Below are positions 39,946-54,218 of a stretch of 64,000 bases of DNA, piece by piece. The translations under genes were made by a program, and so were the position numbers. Under the pieces are notes generated by a model, which ran no database searches, had not been told where the DNA came from, and worked only from the letters and a program-made list of their open reading frames with translations. Numbering within the stretch: position 1 is the first letter of the stretch; every line of letters starts with the position of its first letter. The DNA is from the human T2T-CHM13v2.0 reference genome, Homo sapiens, in the NCBI RefSeq assembly GCF_009914755.1, contig NC_060933.1; one strand, given 5' to 3'.

Positions 39946-40285
39946 CTAGGACTCACAAGTCCGACTTGTCCTTTGATACTCCTCCAGCTCCGTTTTCCTG
40001 CTCACAGCCAGCTGCAGCTCCTGACGGATCACCTGAATCTGCTTCTCGAGCTCTGAGAGTTCCTGCATCACTGAGATCCGAGATACATTTAGGGAGTCTG
40101 CTTTCCCATTGGTGGTCCGCAAGGCAGGGAGCTCTCTTCTCCTTGGAGGGAGGGGGATGTCCTGGTGGATCCGGATGCCTAGCTGGTTTTGTCCTTCCTC
40201 ATCACTAAAGATGTATTTCCGTCGGTTGTCATGACTCAGATTGGAAGTATTCCATACGGTAAGCTGACGGGGTCCCACATTAGAC
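39946..40285 (-). CDS. GRIN3A: GRIN3A last exon coding part (cytoplasmic C-terminus with coiled coil)
   Basis: ttctctgtttcctag acceptor; [12 protein letters not shown]...[39 protein letters not shown]-stop. Confidence 0.96.
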
Positions 40286-41419
40286 CTAGGAAACAGAGAA
40301 ATTTTAGATTTACTTTCCATTCTGCAGCTCTCAAGGTGCTGTCTTCATCTGTTAGCCATTTCCTGTGCAATAATATGGAGCTGGGTGTGCATTTAGAGAT
40401 GAAGTAACAAAGCCATGGACAGACTACCTGCTAGGGTGTCATGGGGCAATAAAGAGTCATGAACATACAAAAGTTCAAGTCCCATGCTGCTCTGAAACTG
40501 GAATTGGGTATCATTTGAAGGGATGATAGGATGGGGTATGGTGCATTTTTTTTTTTTTTTTTTTTTTTGCAAACAACCTCAGGTGGCTTTTAATTTCCTT
40601 TCTGCAAGGGAAGCTCAGAAACTAGCCACACCTTGAAACGTTTGATGATTTGAAAGATGATGCTTTAATAAAAGCAAAATCTATTTATTCACTTGTTGGG
40701 TTCTGAGCATCAACCTGCTGACAGATCTCATAACATGGCTCATCCTTAGTCCCACAGGACCATCCTGATGTTTACTACTTGATCTTGGGGAGAAAAAAAG
40801 CATATAAGCCACAGGTCTCAGCAAAGTGTTTCTTACTATAGGGATGATTTTTATGTGAGTTGAGAATGACAGGTCAGGTCCGATGCTTAAAAAAATCCCG
40901 AGAAAGCCCTCAGTTTCTTGCTGGGATAATGAAAGTCATATAGAAAGCAATTTGCAATCCTGTTTTAGGCTTGCATCGTATCACCTACTACCATCATGGA
41001 GAGATGGCTATAGACAGCATGAGAATTATTGCCAAATAGTCACAGGGGAAGGCTGATCCTGTTTCTGAAATACACTTTGATACTTATGAGATAAGGAGAG
41101 TTTCTCACTACAAGAATAGATTAGAGCCCTAAGCAGCATAGCTGCTGATTTTTTCCACCATAGGAGAAGAAGCAGGAGGAGGAGTAGGAGGGTTATGACA
41201 ACTTTTGCAATCTACCACAGGACAAAACTAAATAGAAACACCCTACCAAGCCATTGTGTTTTTGTTCCCATTCATGTAACTGAATTGACTTTTTTCCTGG
41301 ACTCTTACTTGCCAGGAGAAGGGGACAATCTGGAAGGAGAAGGGGAAAGAGAAGAATAATAAAGTCTTTATGTAAAAGTGGCCATAAACCTTCTTTTCTC
41401 CTTTCATTTATGCCCTCTG

Positions 41420-41890
41420 TAATGTGACTTTGCAGCTTGTACCTATGCTGAATCTGCTTTCCTCCCCGCTTCAGTTAGGAGTGTTCTCACAACTTGTTTT
41501 GGGCAACAGAAAGTGGCAGACATATCAGAGTGGCAGTTCCAAGCCTAAACTTTTAAGAAGTCTTGCACATTTCCACTCTCTTGGAACCCTGCTGCTGCAA
41601 TGTGAACAAGTCCAGAATGGCCTGCTGCATGATGGTAGACCATATGGAGAGAATCCTCAGGCTTCCCAGTTGACTAGCTGAGGCCATCATAGACCAGACA
41701 GCCCTTAGCTGCTTTCCCCATCCCCCAAAGTTGGCTACAGACATATGAGCAAACCCAGCCAAATTCAGCCAAGTCTGGCTCAGATCAGCAAACTGCACAG
41801 TTGATCCATGAATTAGTAAGCAACTTGCTGTTGTTTAAAACATTAAGTATTGGGATGATTTATCACATAGCAAAGACCAACTTATACATG
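41420..41890 (+). mobile_element. MaLR LTR (MLT1-like)
   Basis: tgtgactttgcagct... ending ...tattgggatgatttatcacatagcaa...aca. Confidence 0.55.
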
Positions 41891-44538
41891 ACCCAAGCCA
41901 TTGAAACACACACTCCAAACCACCCTGTGGTTCTTTAACATGCCTCATAGTCTAAGTTTTATATAAATGAGCAGAGGGTACCAGAGCTCAGTTTTCTTGT
42001 ATCCTGGGCTGCGTAAAAGTTCTGTAATGAACCCACTTATAGCTCCATTGGCTTTAGACCTGAGTCAGAGAGGAGATGTAATTTTTCTTCTAGCTTTATA
42101 ATTCCCTTTAATTTTTTTCTTCAAATCTTTTCCTATTGAATTTGAATAATCTTAAAGTAATCTTGGTTGTGCTGTTATGTAGTTTGTAATTTTTGTGTGT
42201 CTTGGGGTGAGAGGAAAGGGAAAACAGGGGTGGCATGTATTGATTGGGAACCCAGTGAGATGAAAGATAGACCAAAACCTTATGTGAAATCACATGTTGA
42301 ATAAACCCAGGGCTATATATAAATCATCTCCTGCAATATGTACCTTATTTTCTTTGCATTAAATGAGAAAGGGACAATACCTACTTCCATATCATGGCCC
42401 AAAATTTCTCCAAGCATTTCCTCAAACCCATGTTAATAATTCATTCATTTATCTATTTGCTCTTTTATTTGTTCAGTAAATATGGGGCACAGAGGAGGGA
42501 TGTCAAGTTGTAGCATGCATGAGCATTTGCATAGATATACTTCCAAGAGAAGAGAGGGAGAGCATTCTAATGCCCTACAATGGTTCATAGCAGGGAAAAC
42601 CTGAGAGTAGAGCATCTACACATTTTCTTCAACTGTCTAGACAGCCACAGTGATAAGGTAAGTAAAGATAGCTGGACTGGTCTTCTCCAGAGCTTTGTAT
42701 ATCTATCTGGTAATATAATATAGAAGAATAAACAAATGCTGGACTTTGTGCCAAATTCTAGTTGCTAGTATCACCAGGCATCTGATATTTGATATGGGTA
42801 CCTATGAGTGCAAGGTGACAAATGCTGAGTGTAAGACTCAGTGTCTACTTGGAAAAAATAACCCAAGGCTGGTGTTATACTCCTAGCCTCAGTAACATTT
42901 AGGCTTTGCTTTGATTCAAGCCTTCGTCAGTCTTAGAGTGTTACGTGACCAGTGAGTGAGCTGTATTTAACACTAAAAATGGGTAAAATAGGCTTCCCTG
43001 GAGCAATTATGTAACACTGAGGTTCAATACTCCACTGGACTATTCCAAAGAGACATGACGGCTATGGTACGCCAAACACTCATTGTGTTTGACAGGTTGC
43101 TAATGTTGGGTTGTATAGAGGTAGGCACAGGAAATGTGAGCCCAAGCTAAACCATGAACACCTGTTCTCCTTAGATCCTCAAAATAAGGGGTTCAGGAAG
43201 GGAATCTGCCAAGAAAACTGGGTAAGTTGCATCAAAAGACACAAATGGTTTTCAATTTATGTGAGAAAGATGTGAATATGAATCATATCACAGTTGGAGA
43301 TGGGATCATTGGGCTTCCTGTTTCTATTATAGCTGGAAAACAAATATTTTTTCATTGTAAGATGATACATTTGCTGCTATGTCTTCTTGTGTTACTGTTA
43401 TTAAAAATTTATGTTAAAAATAGAAAAAATAGATGTAACATGTCATGGAACAGCTGTGACTGGACTAGTATACAGCTTGTCACTAACAGACTTGCAATAT
43501 GATGCAGGAATACCACAGACTGAGAGGGGAGGGGAGAGTGCTCATTGACTGGAAAGAGATACTTCAAGAGATAAAGGAAATGATTCCAACAAGCTAGATG
43601 GAGACTGCATAGAAGGGGACTGCAGCAGTCCCAGAAAAGATACAAACAAAAAGAATCCTGTTTTCCATCCCTTTTTCTTCTGTTATGATGAGAGGTGTGC
43701 CCTCATCTGAGGCCTCTGGGTGTACAAAAGAATCAGTAGGGTTGCCTTAGGCAGCAGGCAGCAGAGACTAGCCAGGAACCAGACCCAAGTGCTTCTGACA
43801 TCTTTAGTCACCATGAAATAGGGAACAGTCATCCACAGCCTGGTGTGGTGAGAGTGAAGAGCTTCGATTTTCAGATGTCATTAATGCATTTAATGTTTGT
43901 TATTTCCTATTAATAAGATGCTCTTTGCTAGGGAGTTTGTAGAAAAGTGCCAGGAAATGAATTAGGCATGACATGTCTGTTTCATATTTCCAATACTCTG
44001 TTCCTAGGAATGCTAGAAAGGAGTAGGGAGTGGAAATATGCCAAAAAGACAGTAAAACATGGAATTAATTGCCTGCGGTATTCATTAATTCTTACATGTA
44101 TTTTGTACATAATAATAGCTAATATTTATTAGGCATTTCCTTTCATTCAGAGATGTACATGTATGATCTTATTTAATCTTTACAACAACTCTAGGAAATA
44201 GGTACTGTTTTTATCTCTACTTTACAAATGAGGAACTTGAGGTGCAGAGAGATTAAATAAGTGACTTACACAAAGTAACACATATCATAAGTCTTGGAGA
44301 CAGGATTTGGATCCAGAGGGTTGATCCTAGAGTCCATGACTACACTTCTAACCATGACAGTATATTGTGTACACTGCATTTTAGTGTCCATATACATTTT
44401 TTATTTTATGTTTTATTTCCCTCTATTTATACTGATTCTTTTGATAAATTGCCCTGATTTGATCTGAATAATTATACAGTTAGATCTCTAAAGATTATTT
44501 TACAAATATAAAGACAGTTGCCATTGGCCCCTTCTTAC

Positions 44539-44615
44539 CTCTTTTCCACACGTTTGGTCTTGAAATGCTGCTGCTTTTCCTCTATAAATGATGTATTTAT
44601 TGCTCTGTGTAATCT
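44539..44615 (-). CDS. GRIN3A: GRIN3A penultimate exon (77 nt), [25 protein letters not shown]
   Basis: CAG acceptor / GTAAGA donor on - strand; phase 2 joins the last exon in frame. Confidence 0.96.
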
Positions 44616-45966
44616 CTGATGGAGAAAACAGATTCACAGGTAGAAATTATGAGAAACACGTAGGTCAGGGAACAAAGAACCACTTGAGATGTAACAGTAT
44701 ATGTAGTCGTTACAAACCTTGGCCTCTTTAAACAAATTCCAGAAATGCCTAAAAATAGATCAACATTCAGCCTCAAATCTCAACAGAACAAAAATTCTAA
44801 TTAGAGGTTATTATTCCACCTGGAGAAACAAAAAAGTGTTCTGATGGAAAGCTCAGTATTATAAAACGGTATGTGATATAAGGAGGCACAATCATAACTA
44901 ATGTGTAGCAAAAGGCCTTCCATAATTGCTAAAGATGAGTAAAAAGTATATAATTAATTGACAACCAAAACAAAGAAGGGAAGGAGGACTCTTGAGAATT
45001 AAGTTAATCATATTAGCATACAATAAGGAAGATCTGTGGAGTTCTCCTAGAAGACCAAATACTTCCCAGGATAAAAGTAGGAAGAACAGGGTTCAACTGT
45101 AACCAAACCAATGATAGTAACCTATCTAGAAAAAAAAAAAGTGTTACCAAAGTGAGGAGTTTAGTATGAGGGTATATGAATACATGAATAGGGTAAATGC
45201 AGAAGTGACAGCCTCCCTGCTGGGAGGTAATCCATGGTACACTGGAGGGCAGGAGGTGGTCTCACCACAGGAGAGGCCAGGATGGCTCATCCAGCCTTGC
45301 TGTGGTCAAGTGAAACCACTCCCTTTGTTAGAGTTCTTCCATCATTATGAAGCCTTCTGACTATATTTTGGGTCTCCATGCCAATTTCATTCAGGGAGAG
45401 ATATGCAAACGAGTGTGCTTGAGTCACCAGTCTGCTTGACAGTTTCAGTTCTCCCTGTAAATCAGTGCGTTGATGTCTAGGTAACAGGAGAGAACTGCGG
45501 CCTTGTGAAGCTTGGCCTTGGCCCCAATGGGTCTCAAACCCCTCTGGACCAGGGAAAAAGCAGAGAGAACAGGGGCAAGTGGGGTCACTTAAAGGGGACC
45601 AGGGACTTTAAACTCACGTAATAGGTTTCAATTTTGGCAAGAAAAGAACCTAGGAAATAAATCTTTCACACCATCTTTTCAGACTGTCACTATTAAGTGA
45701 AACCTGGTTAAAAAAGTTCTATTTCTTCTATTATGAACAACAGTGGAGGGTTATAGGAAAGGAAGGAGCACTGTGGGATGCCTTAATTTAAGGGAAAAGT
45801 GAATTAATGGGATAGAGAGAATTCCTTCTGCTCTAATGAGAGTGCCTACCCCACCCTCGTTATTGTGGTAACATAACTTAGTAGTCTGACATAGGGCTCT
45901 GGATCCTCCCATCCCTAGGAATTGTACAGTTTAAGAATATTGGAGCAAGACACCTGTGGCACTCAC

Positions 45967-46131
45967 CTGGCTGGTGTGGAGCCAGTATTGCAGCTTGGAT
46001 TTGTTTTTGATTCGTGGTAGCAGCAGCCTGTATACTATGTGCTCACCAATGGTGGTCAAAATGGACAGACCAAATCCAATGCACAGCAGCACAAAGAGCC
46101 CAGAGAAGTGTTTGATGCCCATTTGCAAAGT
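45967..46131 (-). CDS. GRIN3A: GRIN3A exon encoding the M4 helix (165 nt), [31 protein letters not shown]...LHTSQ
   Basis: CAG / GTGAGT flanks on - strand; iGluR M4 transmembrane segment. Confidence 0.97.
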
Positions 46132-46352
46132 CTGTGACAGAATAGGAAAGAAAAGGCCATGAATACAATGATATACCTGGCCCAATGCTTGTGTACTCTT
46201 TGGTTTTCAGATGGATATTCATTTTTTCTGGACTCAAGGACAGCTGGAGACTATTTCTCCCTGTGTGTTCTGTGACCTTCATTATACATCATGAAAGAAA
46301 TTCAGCCAGGGTTGGACTGAGGGCTGCCGAGGAGCACCCAATGCCTAGAGGG

Positions 46353-47104
46353 TGAGAAATAAAAATAAAATTAAAAGCTCTCCAACCGACTGAACGAACT
46401 TTCTCTTGTCCATGGGGACCCCGAAGAAACCTTAAAAACTGAGTTCCTGGCCTTGATTGGATGGGAGGTCTGTCATGCCTCAGTTGTCCCTTCCTTATTA
46501 ACCTTTAGCCATAATTCATTCTTAAGAAGTAAGCAAAAGCTAGCTCTGGAAAACAAGAAACCGATAACTCATTGCTTTATCACCTTTAGCTAATCATCTA
46601 AGGCCATAACCAGATTCTCCCTCCCTCTTTGCAGTTTCAGTGTGACAGCTCACCAGTTTCCCAATGCACCCTTCCTAAAAAATGACCACAATCTCCAGAT
46701 GGTTTTGGCCAACTTGTGGGGGATGCATAGTGAGGGTTTTCATGTCCTCTGCTTCACATTTGGACATCAGAAGACCAAAATCTCCACCCTCGGGTCATGC
46801 TAACACCACCATTTTTTGAACATGGGCCCAGGAAGAGGCATGAAGCTCAACTGCACATGTGCATGTATCTCTTTTCATAAATATTTATGACTCCTCCTAT
46901 AGCTTACTCAATACGTATACTCAGCCACCCCACTCAGCATAAATTCCTGTTCCCTTTTACCCCTCCCTTGAAGTGCTTGCTCTCAGCTTCTGCTGAGGCT
47001 ATGCTTCCCATTCTGCAGGATGGCTGGCCTGCTGGCTGCAACCCTTTATGAGAACTAAAGATCTCCTGGCCAAATTTATGAAGCTCATGATTCTTCAGTT
47101 GACA
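46353..47104 (+). mobile_element. Solo LTR, ERV1/MER4-group-like
   Basis: TG...CA termini (TGAGAAATAAAAATAAAA ... TTCTTCAGTTGACA), ~750 bp; subfamily not determined. Confidence 0.65.
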
Positions 47105-48145
47105 GGCGCTATTCGTATGTTAATCCACTGTGCAAATGGCCCCTGGAGTTGTGCCAAGGCCCTGGGTCTGGACCACCTTATGGTCTCTTAGAGATTGAGA
47201 GAGATAGAGATAGAGAATTGAAACAATTTAATATACCTGGTAGCTGTCAAGGAAAGAACGTCCCTCAGGGAAGAGAATGAGTAGATTTAAGGGGAAAAAG
47301 ATGGTGAGTTCAGTAACTTTGGAATTTGGATCTGGTAGGGAACATGGAAATCATCTAGTTCATTTACAGAGGAGGAAAGTGAGACCAGAGAAGTGTAGTA
47401 AACCGAGCCAAGCCACAAAAAAGGCATAGAAGAGAAAGAGAAGGAACTTAATGATATTTATTGGTTGCTTACTTTCTGCCAAGTGTTTTACATTAAAATA
47501 GATATATAACGTCTATTTTATAACTAAGGAAAGTGGAGTTACTGCAACTTTTAAGTGGCAAAGTTGGTCTTTCAGTCCATTTCTGTTCAGCTCCAAAGCC
47601 TGGGCTCTTTCTGCTCTACTGCTATATACCAAAACAGCAGCAGTTATAGCAACAATAGTAGTTACAATAAATATCTGTGGCCAGCACTTTGCTAAGTGAT
47701 TTGTGTAGATTAAGAAAACCCTCACATGTACTCTAAAACAGCCATTATTTAGCCATTGACATCAATGACAAGAGTCAATCCCGTAGAAGTAAAAATACAT
47801 AATATATTGAGTTAATACTAGGTGCCAGGCACTCTTCTGCGTATCATGGGATAGAGATAGAAGGAAGTTATATCTTTCCTTTTAAACAGCTTGAGTCTAG
47901 GGAGAAAACAAACATATACCTCCATGATACATTTGATCCATGCTTCCTGGGATTTGTGGGGAAGCTGGTTCATGAGATAACATTTGAATAAGACAGGCAG
48001 GATGGGGAGGTTGGGTGGGGAAAGTGAACATACTAACCTGAGGGTAGCATAAACAAAGGAAAAAAGACATGACTTTCCTGGACAGTGGTATAGTGTTGTG
48101 AAACTGACTGCTGTGGCTGAAGGAAAAGTATACAAGGCATGAATA

Positions 48146-48512
48146 GTGCCATAGTTTGAATGTATATGTCCCTCTCAAACTCATATGTTTAAACCTAAAC
48201 TCCAAGGGTTGGTATTAAGAGCCCTTATGAAGGGATGAGTGCCCTTATAAAAGGGCTTGAGGAAGCTAGCTAGTCCCTTTTGTTGCCCTTCCAGCCTTTC
48301 ACCATGGGAGGACACATCATTTGTCCCCTGTGGAGGACAAGCAACAAGATGCCATCTTGGAAGCAGAGACTGGGCCCTTACTAAGACAATAAACTTGGTG
48401 GTGCTTTGATCTTGAACTTCCAGCCTCCAGAACTGTGGGGAATACACTTCTCTTCTTTATAAAGTACCCAGTCTCGGGTATTTTGTTATAATGGCACACA
48501 TGGACAAAGATA
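48146..48512 (+). mobile_element. MaLR solo LTR (MST/MLT1A-like)
   Basis: tgccatagtttgaatgt... gaacttccagcctccagaactgtg... cccagtctc.ggtattttgttata. Confidence 0.8.
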
Positions 48513-50627
48513 TGCAGTGAGAGAGAAACAGGGCCACACTAGGCAAATCCTCAGATGCCGTACTAAGGAGCCTGGGTGTTATCCCTTTGCTGGAAGCTTT
48601 TGGTCATCATTATCATTTATAATTATTTAGCATTGAATATGTGTAAGGCACAATTCTGAGCACTTTATCAATGTAGCAACTTGCCTTATCTTTATGACAA
48701 TTTATAAGGTAAATACTGGTATAATCTCCATTTTATAAGTGAAGAAACTGAGCAACAAAGAAGTTCAATAACTTGTCCAAGGTCACATAGCTCGTGAAGG
48801 TTAGAGCTGGGATTCAAACCCATGCCGTCTGTTTTCAGAGCCCACAGTCTTCACTGACTCATTTGTCTGATGTGAATGATCCTCCCATTCTCTTTAAAGG
48901 TTTTCCTTTCATTCTCCCCACCTCTCTCCACCTCTATTCTGGAGAAACAGCCGGCCAGGCATGATTCAGGCATAGGGTGCATAGGGAAGTCTATCTGGGG
49001 GTCAGGACTCAGAAGAAAAGGTCGGAGATTTCAGGCTGTGTTGGAGCCTAGCTCAGGAAATCTCTTTCCCTCCATGCCAGTACTGCAGGCTGTGAATCAA
49101 AGACTAGTGTTAGGGTCCCTAGAAAAGGAAAGACTAGAGCTGAGCAGGGGCTCGGAGACTGGCACAAGGCAGGAAAATTGGGCAGATGACTTGGGAATGC
49201 AGGCCGAAGCCCAGCCCTACGAAACAAGGAATGCTGGTCTGGGAAAGGGTTTGGTAGGGAAGCACGTTGGACCCCAAGGGCTTCAGAGGTACTAGGGATT
49301 TTCCTGGGACATCTCTGTGTGCAAATGGTGACTAGTTATGTAAACCTGACATGCAGAAAGTACATACAAATGTGTCTGAAAATAGTCCTTGACCTAGACC
49401 TATTTTAATGTGTACAGGATATGGCTATAATATGAAGGATTCAGTGAGTTATTGCTGTGGATTAAGAACAGACTGGGGGAATTTAGTTTGGACTGTAACA
49501 TCATCAAACATTCAGTTAAACTCTGAGCAGATGGGCCCTGCTTTTTTATAAGACACTGCCAAGATGAGGAGGAAAGATGTAACTTGCAGTGAGTCATCTT
49601 GCCTTTATGGACATGACTCCCTCTGTTTCCTTGTGCATAACAATGATTAGTCTTATTTTTCTCTTAGTACCTCAATAACAAATAGGCCGTATTGTTTATA
49701 TTATACATTTTTTTCTTTAAACTTCTGCTGTTTATACCCACATGCTGATAGACTAACAGAAGTAGTTATTGTTTTTAAATTTGGCATTTAATACATATGC
49801 CAGATACAATATACCTGTATTATGATCTTATAATTACCCTGTAAGTTAAGTGTTATTATCCTTATTTCACATTTGAGAAAGCAGAGGTTTATAGGGGTTA
49901 ATAACCTTACTTACCCAAGATCATGCAAGCTACTAAGTCGGGATCCAGGCTGCGGATCCAGGACTGTCTGATGCCAAAGCCTGCAATGCTTCTCAAACAA
50001 TCGCCATTTATAGGTATCCTTTTCTAGTTGAATCTTCACTATTCGCTATAACAACTATCACAATTTTTTATTTAAAACTCACATTGGAATGGAAAATCCA
50101 CTATCATCTGCCTGTGAACACCAGAGAAAATGTTTCAATTGTGTCTGAGTCTGAGTGACAAGACATACAGCTGCCTTTGTAATTCAGCGGTTCCTCCCCT
50201 AGGATCACATTGTTTAAATGTGCTGTGCATATGTGCATCTTCCCCATATTATCAAGTGAAAACTTTCTTTCTAGTAAAAAACTGCTCAACTTGATACTCA
50301 TTATTGGTCAGAGGAAGAAAAGAAGGAGTTATGAATATTCAATATCAAATATTTAAAATACACTCAGGTGATGCAGACAAAATGATAATTGCAGCTGCAA
50401 GTGACTTGAGTGGTAGCACATTCAGAAATGCAAGCAGAAGTCCAGTCTCATGCTGTCAAGGGCCATGTAAATGAATGCAAAAAGAATGCAAACAAACATA
50501 TGTTTTGAGGTGGTTGTTTTTTCCCCCTTTATCCCATTGCTTCAGCTGCAGCTTCATTTGCTAGCTCATAGCCACACACTTCCAGAGACTCAAGGGCCAG
50601 GGAGAGAAGGCTGTCACAGGATTGATT

Positions 50628-50922
<295 letters not shown>

Positions 50923-51799
50923 AGTCCCAGGATTGAGCCAGGGACAAATCTCAGGCATTTATTGCTCCAGTTGGTCCTTCACAAACTTACTCTAGCCCAC
51001 CCCATCTCACTTAGGCAACTCTTTAACTAGTAAGTAATCATTCAAAAAATTGCCTTGCTCATGTATTTCATTTTTCTAAAGGTTATTTATATTCATTATG
51101 TTTCTTTAGCATTTTATTGTTAATTTACATTAGTATATATTTACTACACTGTGAAGAAAAAACATAGTTTGTATCTGATACTGTACTCTGCATGTTGCAT
51201 GGAGGAATACCAACAAATTATGCACTATACAACTAATGTTTTAAATGCTTTATGTTATGCAGAAATTCTTGGTAGATTGTCACATATCCATGCATTGTGC
51301 ATTAGATATTAAATGTCTACAGGTGTCTAAGAGTGTTTTAGCGAATTTAGGGAAACTGCTTGAGATTTTTGGATGAAATAGGAATACTTTATTATTTTTT
51401 CCATTTGAAATAATGGAAAGGGCTTCCACCATCTATAAATTTACTAGCCAACACATTTCTAGGAATGGACCAAATTCAGATAAAAGGAGATGTTTGTACT
51501 ATCACAGGTGTGGTCTCTGACCAGATCAGTAACATGTATAGGATAAGATTATAAACTTTGTTGTTGCCCAAACCCTGCTTTGTATTTTGTTCAGATGTCG
51601 TCACTTGAAACATCTGACAGCTGGCTCGAGTAGTGACTAGTTCTCAAGTCTCCAGCAAGAAATGCAGATAAAGTGTTTCACTCATCATTTGTTTTTGATG
51701 TTACTAATCAAGATCTATGCAGCTAATCCTTCCTTGTGCCCATTCCACACCTCCCAGCACATAGCAACCACCTGATTTCTCTGGTTTTCTAGAGTGTTG

Positions 51800-53150
51800 T
51801 CTATACTCATTGCTTCTAATTCCTTTTCTCCCATTCTCCCTTAGACCCTCTTCAATCAGACTTTTGTCCCCTCCCATCACCTGTCAAACAATTCCTGTAA
51901 AAGTAAAAAATGGCCTCCATATTGCCAAATCTAACGGTCAGTTTTCACCTTATTCATGTATCGGCAGCTTGGACGCCATTGATTACTCCATCTTCTTTGG
52001 TATAGTTTCTTAACTTTGTTTTTGTGATACTTCTTTCTCTTTGTTGTACCTTAGTCTCTTTTGCTTTTCTTCTTCATCTTTCTGACTGTAAACATAGGCA
52101 TGCTTTCAGTTTTTCAGCTACACTCATGTTCTCATTCAGAGTCAGCTTTAAATACCACCCAGATGTCAATGACTCCCAAGAGTTGGGGGCTTTTCTGTCC
52201 TAACTTCCTACTCTGCCTCTTTACTTAGGTAATGAACGGACATTTCAAAGATAACACATTAAAAGCAAACTCCTAATTTTCCCTCTGAAACCTGCTGCTT
52301 ACACAGTCTTTCTCATCACAATGAACCTCCATCCTTGCCATGACACAGGGAAAAAAACCTTAGAACCACCTTTGATTCCTGTCTTTCTCTAGCATCCCAT
52401 TACCCTGTGTATCTGCAAATATGGTGGAACCGACCTTCAAAGTATATCCAGAATTCAACATCCCACCACCTCCACCAACCACCCTGATCCAAGCCACCAT
52501 CCCCTCTCACCTCACCTAGATTATTGAGACAGCCTCCTAGTTGTTTTCCCTAACCCCTTCTGTCTTCTTCACAGCAGTGAGAATGACTGTCATGTCACTC
52601 CTGTGCTCAATGCCTGGTCATGGTTTTCTGTCTCTTGCAGAGTAAATTCAGAGTCCTTGCAATGGGCTATGAGGCCTCACAAGATCTATTTCCTCATATC
52701 CTTCTTCTCTCTCGCTGGTTGACTTTGCTCAGCCATTTGGGCTTCCTTATTGTTCCTTAAATCTATTGAGCAACTTGCCACTTGAGGGTATTTTCATTTT
52801 CTGTTCGTGCCTGTAAACTCTTCTGCCAGGAATCAATATTGCTCCTTCCCTCACTTTCTTTAGGTTTCTTCTCAAATGTCACCTATCCATGAAGTTTACC
52901 CTAATCACTGTGCTTAAAAAGGCAAATTCTTTTCCCCCTTCCATCCTCTTTCAGATACAATCTATCTCTCTTACTTTGCTTTATTTCTCTCTTGACATAG
53001 TATGTGTTTATTTGTTTATTGCCTATTTCCCCAGCAAAGTAGAATGTAAGCTACAGGAGGGCAGCACTTTTGTCCATTTTGCTCGATACATACTCTTGTT
53101 TAGAACAGTGCCCAGCACGGTGAATATTTTTTAAATGAATGAATGAAAGC
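51800..53150 (+). mobile_element. LINE-2 3' portion
   Basis: Pyrimidine-rich + strand ending agaatgtaagct...tagaacagtgcccagcac...tgaatgaatgaa (L2 terminus). Confidence 0.8.
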
Positions 53151-53799
53151 ATATGAAAACTAGGATTTTTTGTATAAAATAAATTTGCATAATTTCCCCC
53201 ACCCCCGATCCCAAACAGTCTCATTATATCACAGAAGCTTCCTAGAACAGTTGTTTAAGAGAGAAGGGTGGAGATGGACATTCTCAATTAAAAGGAGAGG
53301 AAACAAGGCCCAGTTTTGCTAGCCTGACCTGATCATGCTAATATTCACCAATCTAGGGATCTACTGTTGAAACTGGGACAAAAAATTTTTTAAATTACTG
53401 AAGTAAAACACTGGAAACTGAATGCAAAAATTTCAGGAGGAATGTATTGATTTTGTTTTCTTAGGATCCTTTCTTTGGGGAACTGCCCTCTTCCTGCTTC
53501 ATGTGGTTTTGGTGTATCTACCAATCACAGACTCCCTGCTCCCTGTTCACCAGGCAAAGCATGAGACTCAAGGCCAGTCAATGTGAATCTGAAACAGAAA
53601 CACTGGATATCAAAGGTGTTTGGAGATGAGTCATTTCCAATGTCAGTGCCCCAAAGACATAGTCCCCTAGTTCCTGCACTAGCATCCTTGGAGTGCTGTG
53701 GTTTGAGGCTTCATCTGTCACTCTCTTTCTTACTTCAAAACATTGAGCTTTCCCGTTATTCTTTTGATAGGTTTTGCTTAAGTTTAAAAATCTGTTGCA

Positions 53800-54218
<419 letters not shown>

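Noticed and set aside
48876-49295. 139-aa + strand ORF in a GRIN3A intron
   Set aside because: No recognisable domain; the sequence looks like a degenerate LTR-type relic.
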